Assembly (NCBI GenBank): GCA_965261395.1
Contig: OZ253462.1
Coordinates: 1,152,001 to 1,216,000 of the forward strand
Direction: 5' to 3'
Source: Candidatus Latescibacterota bacterium
Lineage (GTDB): Bacteria; Latescibacterota; UBA2968; UBA8231
DNA length: 64,000 bases
Shown here: piece after piece, positions 17,563 through 27,866 of the stretch
Numbering within the stretch: position 1 is the stretch's first letter
Layout: each line of letters begins with the position of its first letter
Made by a program: the position numbers and the translations under genes
Notes under the pieces: model-generated
Seen by the model: the letters and a program-made list of their open reading frames with translations, nothing else
Told to the model about the DNA's origin: nothing
Databases searched by the model: none

Positions 17563-20055
17563 ATGTTGAATGCTGCGTTGTTGCTGAGCATATTGGGCGT
17601 TGTCGCCGCCTGGGGACAGGGCCATACCATCGCTGGGAATAAGGTCGTCGTCGATCGGCAGGCGCACTGGCAGCAGTGGACTTTTCCCGCCGGCACGCTC
17701 GACATCGACGAAACCGGGGCCGTGCGTCCTCACTTCGTGTCCAAGAACATACTGGCAACCTCAGACATCGCGGCGTTTATCAAGCGCGGCAAGGACTCGG
17801 AGGACGCGACCCTGCGCGACGCCCTCAACGCGGGCACTCGGGCCGCAGATCTGGTCCACCTTTTCGACGGAGACTTGAGCACCTATTGGGAACCTGATCC
17901 GGCAAGCCCGCTGCGCCAATGGTGGTTCGAGGTCGATTTGGGGCGGCTGGTGGCAGCCACCCACATCCGGCTCAAATTCGTCGGCGAGGAGCTAGGCGAC
18001 CCCTTCCTGCAATTCGTGGTCTTGACCTCGGACGGAGACGAGGTGACGAAAGGCCAGCGCAAATTCAACCAAGTCTTTCGCACTTTGCAGTCGAACAAGG
18101 ATCAACGAGAATTTGCAATCGAGCTGGGCCCCACGCGCTTTGACATAGACGGGCGCATGGCGAGCGACTACATCCGCTTCGTGCGCATGACGATCACCGA
18201 CACGGATAGCACGCGAGCCGCCGAGGTGTCGGCTGAACAATACGACCAGCTAGCGGCTGCGGATCAAGGCGCGGTGGATTTTTACAAAAAGGCCGGTGCG
18301 GGCCAAGTGCAGGTGAGCGAGGCCACGTACGAGGTGGTTGACTCCGCGTTGCGCGGTGAGATCCGCCGCTATCGCCGCGAGCGGCCGCGGCTGGCCGAGC
18401 TGGAGGTCGAGACGCTCGGGGAAAACATCTCGCTGGGATTGGTGGAGCGCAGAGGCGTCGCGCTGCTCACCTTCTTGGACAACGCGCCCGCGACGGCCTT
18501 CTTCGACGGCATCTTCGAGACGTCCTTGGCCTTTACCAGCACCGACGAGATACGGGAGTTATTCTTCGACTTAGGCTCTTCCTTCTGGATCGACCGGCAC
18601 CAGATTTACTACGACCGTCAGCGCAGCCGCTTTCCCAATTACGACTTGCAGACTTCAGACGGCTCGCTGGCTGCGGACGGCTCGCTGGTGTGGACGACGC
18701 AGGCCTCGCATCGCAATCGCGCCACTTCCGCCCACACGACCGAAGATGTGTACGACGTGGATACGTTCGCGCCGGCGCGAACGCGCTTTGCGCGAATTTT
18801 GTTCTGGGGAGGCGGTCAGTTCAAGCCGCGCGAGGTGCAGTTCTACGGAGAGGGCTTCCAGCCGGAGGTCGAGTTGGTTCCGCCGCTCATTCGCTTGGGC
18901 GGCTCGAAAAACTTGGTCTCGATTGAGTGGGATGGAGACGCCGGCTTGGGGACCTTTATCGAAATCCAGACGCGCACGGGCAGCGAGCTGGTCGAAGAGT
19001 ATAGCTACTTCAACAGCGGCGGCGGCGAAGTTTCGGCCGACGCATACGCCGGCTTGGGCTTTTTCAGCAAGGGGCGGATCGACACGACGGAAGCTCCCGG
19101 AGCCGACTGGAGCGCGTGGAGCTTGCCCTACGAGGCGTCGGGCGCGGCGATCACTTCTCCAAGCCCGCGCCAATTTCTGCTGCTCAAGGCCCGCTTGCTC
19201 TCGGACGACCCACACCGCGCGGCCGAGCTGCGCTCCATTCGGCTCAACTTCGTCGAGCCGCTGGCCAGCCAGCTTTTGGGCGAGATCGAACCCAGCGTCG
19301 TGGGCGCGTTGGGCAAGGAGCAGGAGCTTTCGCTTTTCATCAAACCAAGTTTCGCTCCCCAGAGCGCGGGGTTTGACGAGGTGCAGATAAGGGCACCGGA
19401 CAACATGGCACTGGAGTTCCGCGGCCTGCGGCTAGGGCGCGAGGCCCAATGGGAGAGCGCGGAACTAGCGGCCTCAGCAGAAGTAGTGGCGACCGCCCCA
19501 GACTCTTTGTGGGTGCGGTTAAGCGAGGTCGTCGGCCCGTCCGCAGCCGATCTGATTGAGGTGCAATTCGCCACCGCCCTCTATTTACCCGGTGCTGTGT
19601 TCAAGGCGTCGTTGGGGTATTCGGCCCTTGAGAACTCTTGGCAGCGGGTTGATCCAGCGGATGCAACGGAATTGGCGACTGGGCAGGGGATGCTGTTGGT
19701 CGGCCCAGAAGGTGGCCGACACGTGCTGGGCGATCTGAGCATTGGCAGTGGGATCGCGACACCGAATGGGGATGGGATCAACGACGAGTTGGCGTTCTCA
19801 TTCGCGGTCACCAAGCTGACCGGCACCCAGCCGCTCCACGTGCGGATTTACGACCTAGCTGGTCGGCTGGTGCGGCACTGGCGAGAGACGCGGCCCTTGG
19901 TCAGCGGCGAGTACGCCCTGCGCTGGTCGTGCGAGGATCAATCCGGCGCACTGGTCGCCCCCGGACTGTATCTGCTAGAGGTAGAAGTGGTGCCCAACGA
20001 CGACTCGCGCGTGGAGCGCACCGCGCGGCACCGCCTCGTTCACGTGGTGTATTGA
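17563..20055 (+). CDS. Secreted protein, paralog 2, with discoidin-like regions and C-terminal PNGD/FlgD-Ig domain
   Basis: Signal peptide; FDGDLSTYW, VDLGRLV, REVQFYGEGF, QTRTG, WSAWSLPY, SPSPRQF, TPNGDGIND...IYDLAGRLVR...PGLY. Confidence 0.8.
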   Translation: MLNAALLLSILGVVAAWGQGHTIAGNKVVVDRQAHWQQWTFPAGTLDIDETGAVRPHFVSKNILATSDIAAFIKRGKDSEDATLRDALNAGTRAADLVHLFDGDLSTYWEPDPASPLRQWWFEVDLGRLVAATHIRLKFVGEELGDPFLQFVVLTSDGDEVTKGQRKFNQVFRTLQSNKDQREFAIELGPTRFDIDGRMASDYIRFVRMTITDTDSTRAAEVSAEQYDQLAAADQGAVDFYKKAGAGQVQVSEATYEVVDSALRGEIRRYRRERPRLAELEVETLGENISLGLVERRGVALLTFLDNAPATAFFDGIFETSLAFTSTDEIRELFFDLGSSFWIDRHQIYYDRQRSRFPNYDLQTSDGSLAADGSLVWTTQASHRNRATSAHTTEDVYDVDTFAPARTRFARILFWGGGQFKPREVQFYGEGFQPEVELVPPLIRLGGSKNLVSIEWDGDAGLGTFIEIQTRTGSELVEEYSYFNSGGGEVSADAYAGLGFFSKGRIDTTEAPGADWSAWSLPYEASGAAITSPSPRQFLLLKARLLSDDPHRAAELRSIRLNFVEPLASQLLGEIEPSVVGALGKEQELSLFIKPSFAPQSAGFDEVQIRAPDNMALEFRGLRLGREAQWESAELAASAEVVATAPDSLWVRLSEVVGPSAADLIEVQFATALYLPGAVFKASLGYSALENSWQRVDPADATELATGQGMLLVGPEGGRHVLGDLSIGSGIATPNGDGINDELAFSFAVTKLTGTQPLHVRIYDLAGRLVRHWRETRPLVSGEYALRWSCEDQSGALVAPGLYLLEVEVVPNDDSRVERTARHRLVHVVY

Positions 20056-20066
20056 GGGGGGTTGCG

Positions 20067-22232
20067 ATGTACTGGTTGCCGATCGCGCTGCTGTTGCTAG
20101 CGGCACTGCAAGGCACCGCCGAGACGCGGAGCATTGCCATCGGCGGCGCGAGCGGATCGTCTTGGCAAGACGGCGGCGGCCAGATACAGGCGGTTTTCCC
20201 GACCGGAGCCAGAGCTGTCGAGAGCGGCAACACCCCGGGCGGCGTGATCGATTTCGATCCCGAGGACCGGGTGGGTTGGATTTTTCCGCAGAACGTCGTC
20301 GAGGGCACTAATCTAGCCTTAGGAATACTCGGGCGCGGCGGCTCGGTCATTTCGCCGACGGTCCTCGAAGCGGGCATTGAGTCGCAGCTAGAGACGATGA
20401 TCGACGGCGACGGCAAAACGGCATTGGAGCGCAAGAACGTGGCCGTCATTCGCGGCATGGCCATGGACTTTGACCTAGGCGCTCGCTTTGGGGTCAATCG
20501 CGTCCAATTCTTCCCGCGCAATGGCCACCCGGATTTTCCCGCAGCGCCTTTCCAAGAAGACTTCATCCGCGGATACGAGTTGTTTTTCAACGACGGCAGC
20601 GAGGAGACGCAAGGTGCGGGCGGTCCGGAATGGCGCTCGTTTCGGTTGAATGCTGCCAATCAAGACGCGCTAGTCGATCTGAGCATTCCCCCGCAATTTG
20701 TGCGTTTCATCCGCTTGCAGTCGCGCACCAGCAACGGTTTTGAGATCGCCGAGTTCCGCGTCTTTGGCACCGGCTTCGTGCCCACGGCCGAATACGTATC
20801 CAACATATTCGATCTCGGCCCAGATTTGGGCCTGTGGGGGACCATTCGCTGGGTGGAGGAAAGCGTCGGCCCGGCTGGTTTCGCCAACGCACGCGTGCGC
20901 ACCCGCACCGGCTTGGACGACACCCCCTTGGTCTATACCCGGCGCTTCTTCTTTGAGGGGGTCCAAGTCGAGGTGCCGTGGAAAAAGAATGCCACAGTTG
21001 AAGCCGAGGGCGGCGAGGTCAATCTCGATCAAGCCCATCTGGAGAGGGCGCGCGCACTCTTTGGCGCGCTGCCGCTGGAGGAGCGCAACGCCATCTCGCT
21101 GTCGCTGGATGATTACAATGGCTTGGGTGCCGAACGGGGCAATGTGGTGGCCGACCTAGACGCTTGGAGCCCGTGGTCCTCGCCCTACGATTTAGGGGCC
21201 CTATTGACCGAGGCAGAGATCGAGGATAGCCAATTGGGCGTGCCGATTGTCTCGCCTGGGCCGAGGCGGTACATACAGTTTCGCATCGACTTTCTCAGCG
21301 AGGACTTGGAGGCGGCCACGGGTATCGGCCCGCTGGCCTTTACCGTGGCTACACCGCCGCCGGCCGCGCAGATTCTCGGAGAGATCTTCCCGCGTCAGGT
21401 CGATTTGGGCAAGCCGGTGGATTTCGTCTATGCGGTGATGCCGACGTCCATTCGGCCAGGTGTAGATACGGGCTTTGACGGGTTTGAGATTGCCACGCCG
21501 GTGCGGATAGAGATCATTGAGTCCATCGAAGTCGTCGATGCCGATGGCCAGGTAGAGGCAGCGGACTTTTCAATGGCCGATCTTGCCGCGCTGCCGGCTA
21601 CCGACGAGACCGGACGCTTTGCCATTGAGTCGGTCAGTGCGCGCCGCTTTCGCGTGCGCTTCCCCCTCATTGCCGAAAGCGAACTGGCGACCGGACGGAC
21701 GGCCCAGCTCAAAATTCGCTTTCGCAGCCGCGTGTTGCGCTACGGCACTAAGTTTGCCGGTTTTGCCTTCAGCAGTGCCGAGGGGGACGTGGGGCAGGAG
21801 GTAGTCGCCGGCAACGTGGCCGCGTTGGCCCCTGGCGACGACGATATTGTGGCTGTTGGCACGGAGACGAACCGGGGCCTTTCGGTGGATGTGCCGCTAG
21901 CCGGTAGCAGCGCCCTGCTGATCAACGTGCGCACCGAACCCCGGCCCTTCAGCCCCAACGGCGATGGAATCAACGACGCGACGCACGTGTACTACGATCT
22001 GAGCCGTTTGGTCAGCCCGGCACCAGTCGAGGTGGAAATCGTCGATTTGGCTGGACGCCGGGTGCGCCGGCTGTTCTCTGGCCTCCAGGGCGGGGGTTCG
22101 TACGCCATGCCTTGGGACGGCGCAGATGCGAACGGAGCCGCGCTGCCGCCGGGCATCTACTTGGTGCGCGTAACGCTGGTCAGCGATGCGGGCGGCGAAA
22201 GCGCGGTTAGAGTTGTCGAATTAGTGTACTAA
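20067..22232 (+). CDS. Secreted protein, paralog 3, with discoidin-like region and C-terminal PNGD/FlgD-Ig domain
   Basis: Start MYWLP at 20067 after GAGGGGG; IAEFRVFGTGF, SNIFDLG, RTRTG, WSPWSSPY, SPGPRRYIQF, FSPNGDGIND...DLAGRRVR...WDG...PGIY. Confidence 0.8.
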   Translation: MYWLPIALLLLAALQGTAETRSIAIGGASGSSWQDGGGQIQAVFPTGARAVESGNTPGGVIDFDPEDRVGWIFPQNVVEGTNLALGILGRGGSVISPTVLEAGIESQLETMIDGDGKTALERKNVAVIRGMAMDFDLGARFGVNRVQFFPRNGHPDFPAAPFQEDFIRGYELFFNDGSEETQGAGGPEWRSFRLNAANQDALVDLSIPPQFVRFIRLQSRTSNGFEIAEFRVFGTGFVPTAEYVSNIFDLGPDLGLWGTIRWVEESVGPAGFANARVRTRTGLDDTPLVYTRRFFFEGVQVEVPWKKNATVEAEGGEVNLDQAHLERARALFGALPLEERNAISLSLDDYNGLGAERGNVVADLDAWSPWSSPYDLGALLTEAEIEDSQLGVPIVSPGPRRYIQFRIDFLSEDLEAATGIGPLAFTVATPPPAAQILGEIFPRQVDLGKPVDFVYAVMPTSIRPGVDTGFDGFEIATPVRIEIIESIEVVDADGQVEAADFSMADLAALPATDETGRFAIESVSARRFRVRFPLIAESELATGRTAQLKIRFRSRVLRYGTKFAGFAFSSAEGDVGQEVVAGNVAALAPGDDDIVAVGTETNRGLSVDVPLAGSSALLINVRTEPRPFSPNGDGINDATHVYYDLSRLVSPAPVEVEIVDLAGRRVRRLFSGLQGGGSYAMPWDGADANGAALPPGIYLVRVTLVSDAGGESAVRVVELVY

Positions 22233-22246
22233 TTAGGGAGGGTCTA

Positions 22247-25003
22247 ATGAGAGACCTGCGGAGGATACTCGTCGCCTTGCTCGTCGCGGCGATAAGCGCC
22301 CATGCCCAAGGCCGGCGCTGGGGCGCGGAAATCACCTATGAGCCTCGGGGGCCGGGCGTGCTCTTCGACGCCTTGGATCCAACGGTCAAGCGCTGGTACG
22401 TGCCACAGGAGCTGTTTGCCGACTACGGTTGGCAGCAGTGGCAGTACACCAACTACGCGCGCGATGCGTACGAGCGCTACGTCAGCACCACGATTGAAGG
22501 CTCTCCGTTCTACGATCTGTACGGCAACTACTTGACGCGCGGCTGGCTCATCTACGACTGGAGCCAGAACCAGCCCGTGCAGTTTGGTTCGTCCATCTTC
22601 AAGGATCAGCGCTTTAACAATTGGTTCAACGCGGTCACCATTAGCTCGGACTCGCAGGGGCAGTTCTACTATGCAATCACGGTGGGCGATCGAATCCGCA
22701 CCACCCTGACCCCGCTCACCTTCTCCAAGCCCGCCTTCAGCGGCGTGCAGATGGACTTTGCTGCGGACAAATACGAAGGCACTCTGCTTTTTTCGCGGGT
22801 GAGTCGCCCGGTCATCGGCAGCACGCCCAGCGACCCCAGTTCCGTCTCCAATGCTACCAACCTGATGGCTGGCCGCGCCGTGGTCCAGCTCGGCGATTTC
22901 GTGGCTGTGGGGGCCAATTTAGTCAATGCGCGCAACTCCACCACGGTGGCCGATGCGTTTGAGCGCAACCCCTTCGTCGGCACCCTCGCTGCCAATCAGG
23001 GCAGCCTACCAATATCGGGCATTGCCCTAGTTCTCAGCGACGACTCGCCCGAGGACGGTCGGGGCGGGGCAACCCTGTTTTCGCACGACATCGTCTTGAC
23101 GAGCGAGGATCCAGATACGGGAGCGCGCGAGCAGTTTAGGCTCCGCGACGTGGTCTCCGACCCAGCGCGGTGGCCCGTGGTCTCGGGCGGGGCACCCAAG
23201 GAAGGGGCCTTGGCGGCCGACGGCGACGAGAAGATCGTCATCAACTACGACTTCGCGGATATCGCCTATACTGGCCCGCGTCCCTCGGAGATCGTCGCCG
23301 TACAATTCGACTTAGTCTTGGCCAATGACTACAAGGTACAGATTTGGTCCGACCGGCAGACGGGCAGCCGCGCGCTGCCCGTCTTGCCGCTGACGGGCCA
23401 AGACATTGAGGATCAGTCCCCGGCGTTGTTCGACATCCTCAGTGCCGAGGGCAATGTGCAGGACAATTCCAACCAGCAGCGAGTCGTCTTCGACTACGGA
23501 TTGCCGTCGTCCCGCTTGATCTACGGCTTCACCTTGGACGCCACGGACATCAAGGGCGTGGACCTATACGCGGAATTCGATGTCAGCCGCGCGTACAGCC
23601 AATACCCCAACCCGGCGCGCCAAGCAGCCCAGCGCTCGCTAGCCACGCACGCCCGCGACGCCGAGGCTTGGATGGTCAACGCCTCGAAGATGGCCTCCCC
23701 GTTTTACTTTTTCGGCGAGGCGTACAGCATGGACCCGGAGTACTCGACGAGTTCGTTTATCGTGGACGACGGCGGGGACATCACCTACGACAATCCGCGC
23801 ATGTCCCTGTACGAGTTGGTTGACGACAACGACGACCAAGACCGCTCGGCCGATTGGTTCCGCTTCTCGCAGGGCGGCGGCGATGTGGCCGTCTTCCCGG
23901 GGTGGGACGAGAACAACGACTTTGTCTCCGACTTCAACCAAAACGACAATCGCATCCTCAACAACCGCATCCCGGATTACGAAGAGCCTTTCTTTCGCTA
24001 TGCGGCCGATCGCCCGGAGTTTTTGTTTGGCATCGACCTGAACAACAATGGTTGGATCGACCGCTTTGAAAACGACGACTTGCCCGACTATCCCTACAAG
24101 GTCGATCGCCGAGGCTATAACCTGTACGCCGGCGTCTTTCTCGACCCGCATACTCGGCTGACGCTGGGAAGGCTGAGCGAAGAGAGCATGGCCTCTGACG
24201 GGCGCAACCGCGCCGCGTATGGCCTGCTGACCTACGACCGCGACTTTACTTGGGGCCGACTGCGGGCCTTTGAGATGCTGCGGCGCGTCGAAGACGATAT
24301 CGCCGATGACCGGCGCGAGATGACGCCGCACCTCGAAGTCAACTCGCTCGCGCTGGTGCGCGACATTCTGCCGGCGCGGGACACGTGGATCAACACGACC
24401 TATTTACAGCTCGATTACCAACCGCTCGACAATCTAAACGCGAACAACAAGTTCAAGTACGAGCGTTTTTGGCAGCAGGGTAGCGCGTTCAAAAGCCGCG
24501 TCAAAGGCCCGGTGCTCAACCAAGGCAGCCACTTGATTGGGTTGATCAACAAAGCGGATTACACCTTCGGCTTGGCTGGCTTCCGGTTGCAGCCCAAGGT
24601 CAAGAGCGAGTATCTCAACCAGACCGCGCTCGAAGCGCGCGCCGAGGATCGCGAGGAATGGGTCGGCACGGGCATCGTGCTGCTGAGCCACCCGCTGTTG
24701 AGCCAGTCGCTGGTGGAAGGGGGCGTCGAGTTTTCCCTGTTCCGGGACTTGGCTCTCGACGAGGACGAGCAGCTCACCAACGGCCCGGCCGGGCCTACGG
24801 GCGACTTCCGCAACTTGGTGCTGGCCCTGCAATGGTCCAGCGCCGGCTCCTACTTGGGCTACCAGCTCACGACTCAATTTGGCTTTAGTTACACGCGCCT
24901 GTGGGAGGAGCGGGTGATTATCGGCAGCGAAGGCTTGGAGCAGGTGAATGAAATCAGCGCCTTTAGCACCAGCTTCATAACCGTGTACGCGGGGCTGGAG
25001 TAG
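22247..25003 (+). CDS. Large exported protein A of unknown function (Asp-rich Ca-binding-like loops, possible beta-barrel)
   Basis: Signal peptide (AHA-Q); VDDNDDQDR, DENNDFVSDFNQND, DLNNNGWIDRFEND; amphipathic beta-like C-terminus ending ITVYAGLE. Confidence 0.75.
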   Translation: MRDLRRILVALLVAAISAHAQGRRWGAEITYEPRGPGVLFDALDPTVKRWYVPQELFADYGWQQWQYTNYARDAYERYVSTTIEGSPFYDLYGNYLTRGWLIYDWSQNQPVQFGSSIFKDQRFNNWFNAVTISSDSQGQFYYAITVGDRIRTTLTPLTFSKPAFSGVQMDFAADKYEGTLLFSRVSRPVIGSTPSDPSSVSNATNLMAGRAVVQLGDFVAVGANLVNARNSTTVADAFERNPFVGTLAANQGSLPISGIALVLSDDSPEDGRGGATLFSHDIVLTSEDPDTGAREQFRLRDVVSDPARWPVVSGGAPKEGALAADGDEKIVINYDFADIAYTGPRPSEIVAVQFDLVLANDYKVQIWSDRQTGSRALPVLPLTGQDIEDQSPALFDILSAEGNVQDNSNQQRVVFDYGLPSSRLIYGFTLDATDIKGVDLYAEFDVSRAYSQYPNPARQAAQRSLATHARDAEAWMVNASKMASPFYFFGEAYSMDPEYSTSSFIVDDGGDITYDNPRMSLYELVDDNDDQDRSADWFRFSQGGGDVAVFPGWDENNDFVSDFNQNDNRILNNRIPDYEEPFFRYAADRPEFLFGIDLNNNGWIDRFENDDLPDYPYKVDRRGYNLYAGVFLDPHTRLTLGRLSEESMASDGRNRAAYGLLTYDRDFTWGRLRAFEMLRRVEDDIADDRREMTPHLEVNSLALVRDILPARDTWINTTYLQLDYQPLDNLNANNKFKYERFWQQGSAFKSRVKGPVLNQGSHLIGLINKADYTFGLAGFRLQPKVKSEYLNQTALEARAEDREEWVGTGIVLLSHPLLSQSLVEGGVEFSLFRDLALDEDEQLTNGPAGPTGDFRNLVLALQWSSAGSYLGYQLTTQFGFSYTRLWEERVIIGSEGLEQVNEISAFSTSFITVYAGLE

Positions 25004-25007
25004 CGGC

Positions 25008-27866
25008 ATGAATGCCCGCTTGCGCCGCGTCGGCGCTCTCTGCTGGGTCGCGCTGCTTTGGGCTGTGCCGCTCAAGGCCCAGCGCGAGGATTACGGTAGC
25101 CGCTTGGGCCGCATCGAAGCGGGCCAGCCGATCTACTATTCGTCCGGTACGGGGCTGCGCATGGAGGCCGTCTATCCCTCGTTGCAGAAGTGGTATCTGC
25201 CGCAGGAGATCGCCGGTGAGTACCGCCGACAGTGGAGCTACACCAATTACGCGCGGGACCCATACCGGCGCTACCTCGATCCGGGGTTGGAGGGCGGGTA
25301 CTTCTACGACCTCTACGGGCGCTTCTTGAACAAGGGGTGGTTGGTCTACGACTGGCGTCAGATCCAGCCGACCGGCTCGGGCGGCTCGGGCATTTTGCAG
25401 GCCGGCCAATACGGCTCGTGGTTCAGCAACTTGGTCCTTGCCGGCGACACTAAGGGCCAGCACTACTTCTCGGTGCTCATCGGCGACGAGATCTTCGCCA
25501 TGCTGACGCCCATGACCTTTCGCAAGACCGCGTACAATGGGGTTATGTTCAACTACGCGGCTGATCGCCTGACGGCCACCGTGCTCATGTCGCGGATCAA
25601 CCTGCCGCTCTTCCGCACGGACCCCTTTCCCGTGACAGAGAACAATTTTACCAACCTCATCGGCGGGCGCGTGGTCTGGGACCTTGGCAATACGACGCGG
25701 ATCGGCGGCACCTTCCTCAACGCGCACAACGGCCGCACGGCTTCCGACCGCTTTGAGGGACACCCGCTCAAGGGCAAGCTGACGAGCGGCCAGCTAGACG
25801 GACGCATCGACCGCATCGTGGTGCGGCTGACCGACGATTCGCCCGAAGACGAGGGTGGCGGGGCCGTGCTTTTTAGCAGCGACATTGAGATTGAGACGCG
25901 GATCGGCGAGCGGGATACCCTGCTAATTGGCAGTCAAATTGGCTTTGCGCCGCGCATCATCGGTGGGGTCGAGCGGGGTGGTTTTCTGACGGCCGAGGGC
26001 CGGGGCGAGGCGAGCCAGATCTTGCTCGAATACGTGTTTTCTGACGACGATCCAGCGGTCTCGGACCTAGAGGCCGTAGTGCCGAGCGCGGACTTGGTCA
26101 ACCAAATCAGCCGGGTGCGCTTCCGCTTGGTGTTGGGCAACGACTACAAGGTAGAGGTCACGTCCAACCGCCAGACCGACAACAACGCCAGCGGCGAGCA
26201 GCCGCAGTTTCGCACGGTCGCCCGGGCCGAGGGCAACGTCTGGGACAACTCCAACCAGCGCACGGTCGTCTTCGACTACGGGCTGCCGACGGCGACGCAG
26301 GTGGCCGGGCTGACGCTACAGGGCGACGATTGGGCTGGCTTCCGCGCGTACGGCGAATTCAACGTCAATCACCAATTCACCCAGTACCCGACGCGGACGC
26401 GGGATACGCACAAGGCGTCCTCGGGCATTGGCGGGGATCGCGCGGCCCTCGGCTGGATGTTCAATATCTCGCGCCGCTTCGCACCGTTTTTCTTTTTTGG
26501 CGAGGCATTCGGCCTAGACGCCGAGTACTACACGAGCCCGCGCTTTGTCGATAGCAGCGGCCGGGTGGATTGGTCAGACGACGACGAAGCACGGGCACGG
26601 CACGTGTACGACTTTGTCGATGACAATGACGACAACGACCGCATCAACGACCAAAAGCGCCGCTTTGACGACGGCCGCACCGGTGACCAGCGCGGAGTCC
26701 GCGCGCGCACCTTTGAGGGCTTTGCCGACGACGCGGTCTTTCCGGGCCTCGACGAGAACAACGACTTCATTTCCGACTTCAATCAGAACGATCTGCGCCA
26801 GCGTCCCAATTTCTTGCCCGACTACGAAGAGCCGTTTCTCCGCTACAATGTCGATCGGCCCGAGTATCTCTTCGCCCTCGACTTGAACAACAACGGCTGG
26901 GGCGACCGCTTTGAAAACGACGAAGAGCCCGACTATCCCTACCGGCGCGACCGGCGCGGGTACAACGCCTATCTAAGCGCGGAGCTCCGGCCCGAGCTCA
27001 GGCTGACGACTGGACAGGTGTGGGAGCGCAAGCCGACGACGGGTGCGCGCAACCGCACGTATTATGCCCTGCTCGCGTACGAACAGAGCTTTGCCGGATT
27101 GGGCACGCTGACGGCGTATAATTCGTTCAAGTGGGTTGCCGACGCGATCGCCGAAGACTTGGTGCAGTGGATTCAACTGCGCCCCGTGCTCGGCCGCCCG
27201 AGCAACTCCCCGGGCAGCATGATCGCGATCCGCGATCCGCTGGGCATGGGCGACGCCTTGGTCAACAAGCTGTGGATAGGAGCTGAGCGCCGCGGCCGCG
27301 ATGGCTTCCAAAGCGAGAACAAGCTGCTGTATGAATTCATTCAGCAGCGGCGAGAAGATGCCGTTGACCGCGATGGCCGCCGCTTGCAACGCAATGCGCG
27401 GCGCTTGGGGCTGATCAACAAGGCCGAGTACCCGGTGCATTTGGGCCGCATAACCGCGCTACCGCGCCTCAAGCAAGAGCTATTCATGGACGATACCCCG
27501 TTCAATATCGAGCGGCAGCTGGGCACCCCCACAGCCGAGCGCCGCGACTGGAGCACGATGGCCTCGGTATTGGTAAAGGTGCCCTTTATGAAACGCTCGG
27601 TCGTACAACTCGGCGTGGAGCACTTGCGCTTCCGCGACATGGTCGTGGACGAGACCGCAGTAACCCCAAGCGACCCCACCGGGGACTACGACGAGACGTC
27701 CTTTGCCGTGCAATTGTCCAATACGACATCGTACTTGGGCTATAAGCTCATGTCCCAAGTGGGGCTGCGCATTGACAAGCGGCAGATAGAGCGCGCGGCG
27801 CAGCAGGCCCGCACCGAGACCAGCGGTTTGACTTTCGTCACAGTACAAGCAGGGCTTAGTGATTAG
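25008..27866 (+). CDS. Large exported protein B, paralog of A
   Basis: Shares KWYxPQE..QWxYTNYARD, YDLYG..GWLxYDW, DDSPED, AEGNVxDNSNQ..VFDYGLP, PDYEEPF, GLINKA and YLGY with A. Confidence 0.75.
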   Translation: MNARLRRVGALCWVALLWAVPLKAQREDYGSRLGRIEAGQPIYYSSGTGLRMEAVYPSLQKWYLPQEIAGEYRRQWSYTNYARDPYRRYLDPGLEGGYFYDLYGRFLNKGWLVYDWRQIQPTGSGGSGILQAGQYGSWFSNLVLAGDTKGQHYFSVLIGDEIFAMLTPMTFRKTAYNGVMFNYAADRLTATVLMSRINLPLFRTDPFPVTENNFTNLIGGRVVWDLGNTTRIGGTFLNAHNGRTASDRFEGHPLKGKLTSGQLDGRIDRIVVRLTDDSPEDEGGGAVLFSSDIEIETRIGERDTLLIGSQIGFAPRIIGGVERGGFLTAEGRGEASQILLEYVFSDDDPAVSDLEAVVPSADLVNQISRVRFRLVLGNDYKVEVTSNRQTDNNASGEQPQFRTVARAEGNVWDNSNQRTVVFDYGLPTATQVAGLTLQGDDWAGFRAYGEFNVNHQFTQYPTRTRDTHKASSGIGGDRAALGWMFNISRRFAPFFFFGEAFGLDAEYYTSPRFVDSSGRVDWSDDDEARARHVYDFVDDNDDNDRINDQKRRFDDGRTGDQRGVRARTFEGFADDAVFPGLDENNDFISDFNQNDLRQRPNFLPDYEEPFLRYNVDRPEYLFALDLNNNGWGDRFENDEEPDYPYRRDRRGYNAYLSAELRPELRLTTGQVWERKPTTGARNRTYYALLAYEQSFAGLGTLTAYNSFKWVADAIAEDLVQWIQLRPVLGRPSNSPGSMIAIRDPLGMGDALVNKLWIGAERRGRDGFQSENKLLYEFIQQRREDAVDRDGRRLQRNARRLGLINKAEYPVHLGRITALPRLKQELFMDDTPFNIERQLGTPTAERRDWSTMASVLVKVPFMKRSVVQLGVEHLRFRDMVVDETAVTPSDPTGDYDETSFAVQLSNTTSYLGYKLMSQVGLRIDKRQIERAAQQARTETSGLTFVTVQAGLSD

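Noticed and set aside
15568-22232. Flagellar hook-capping (flgD) genes
   Set aside because: Only a C-terminal FlgD-Ig-like domain on large Sec-signal proteins; no flagellar genes nearby.
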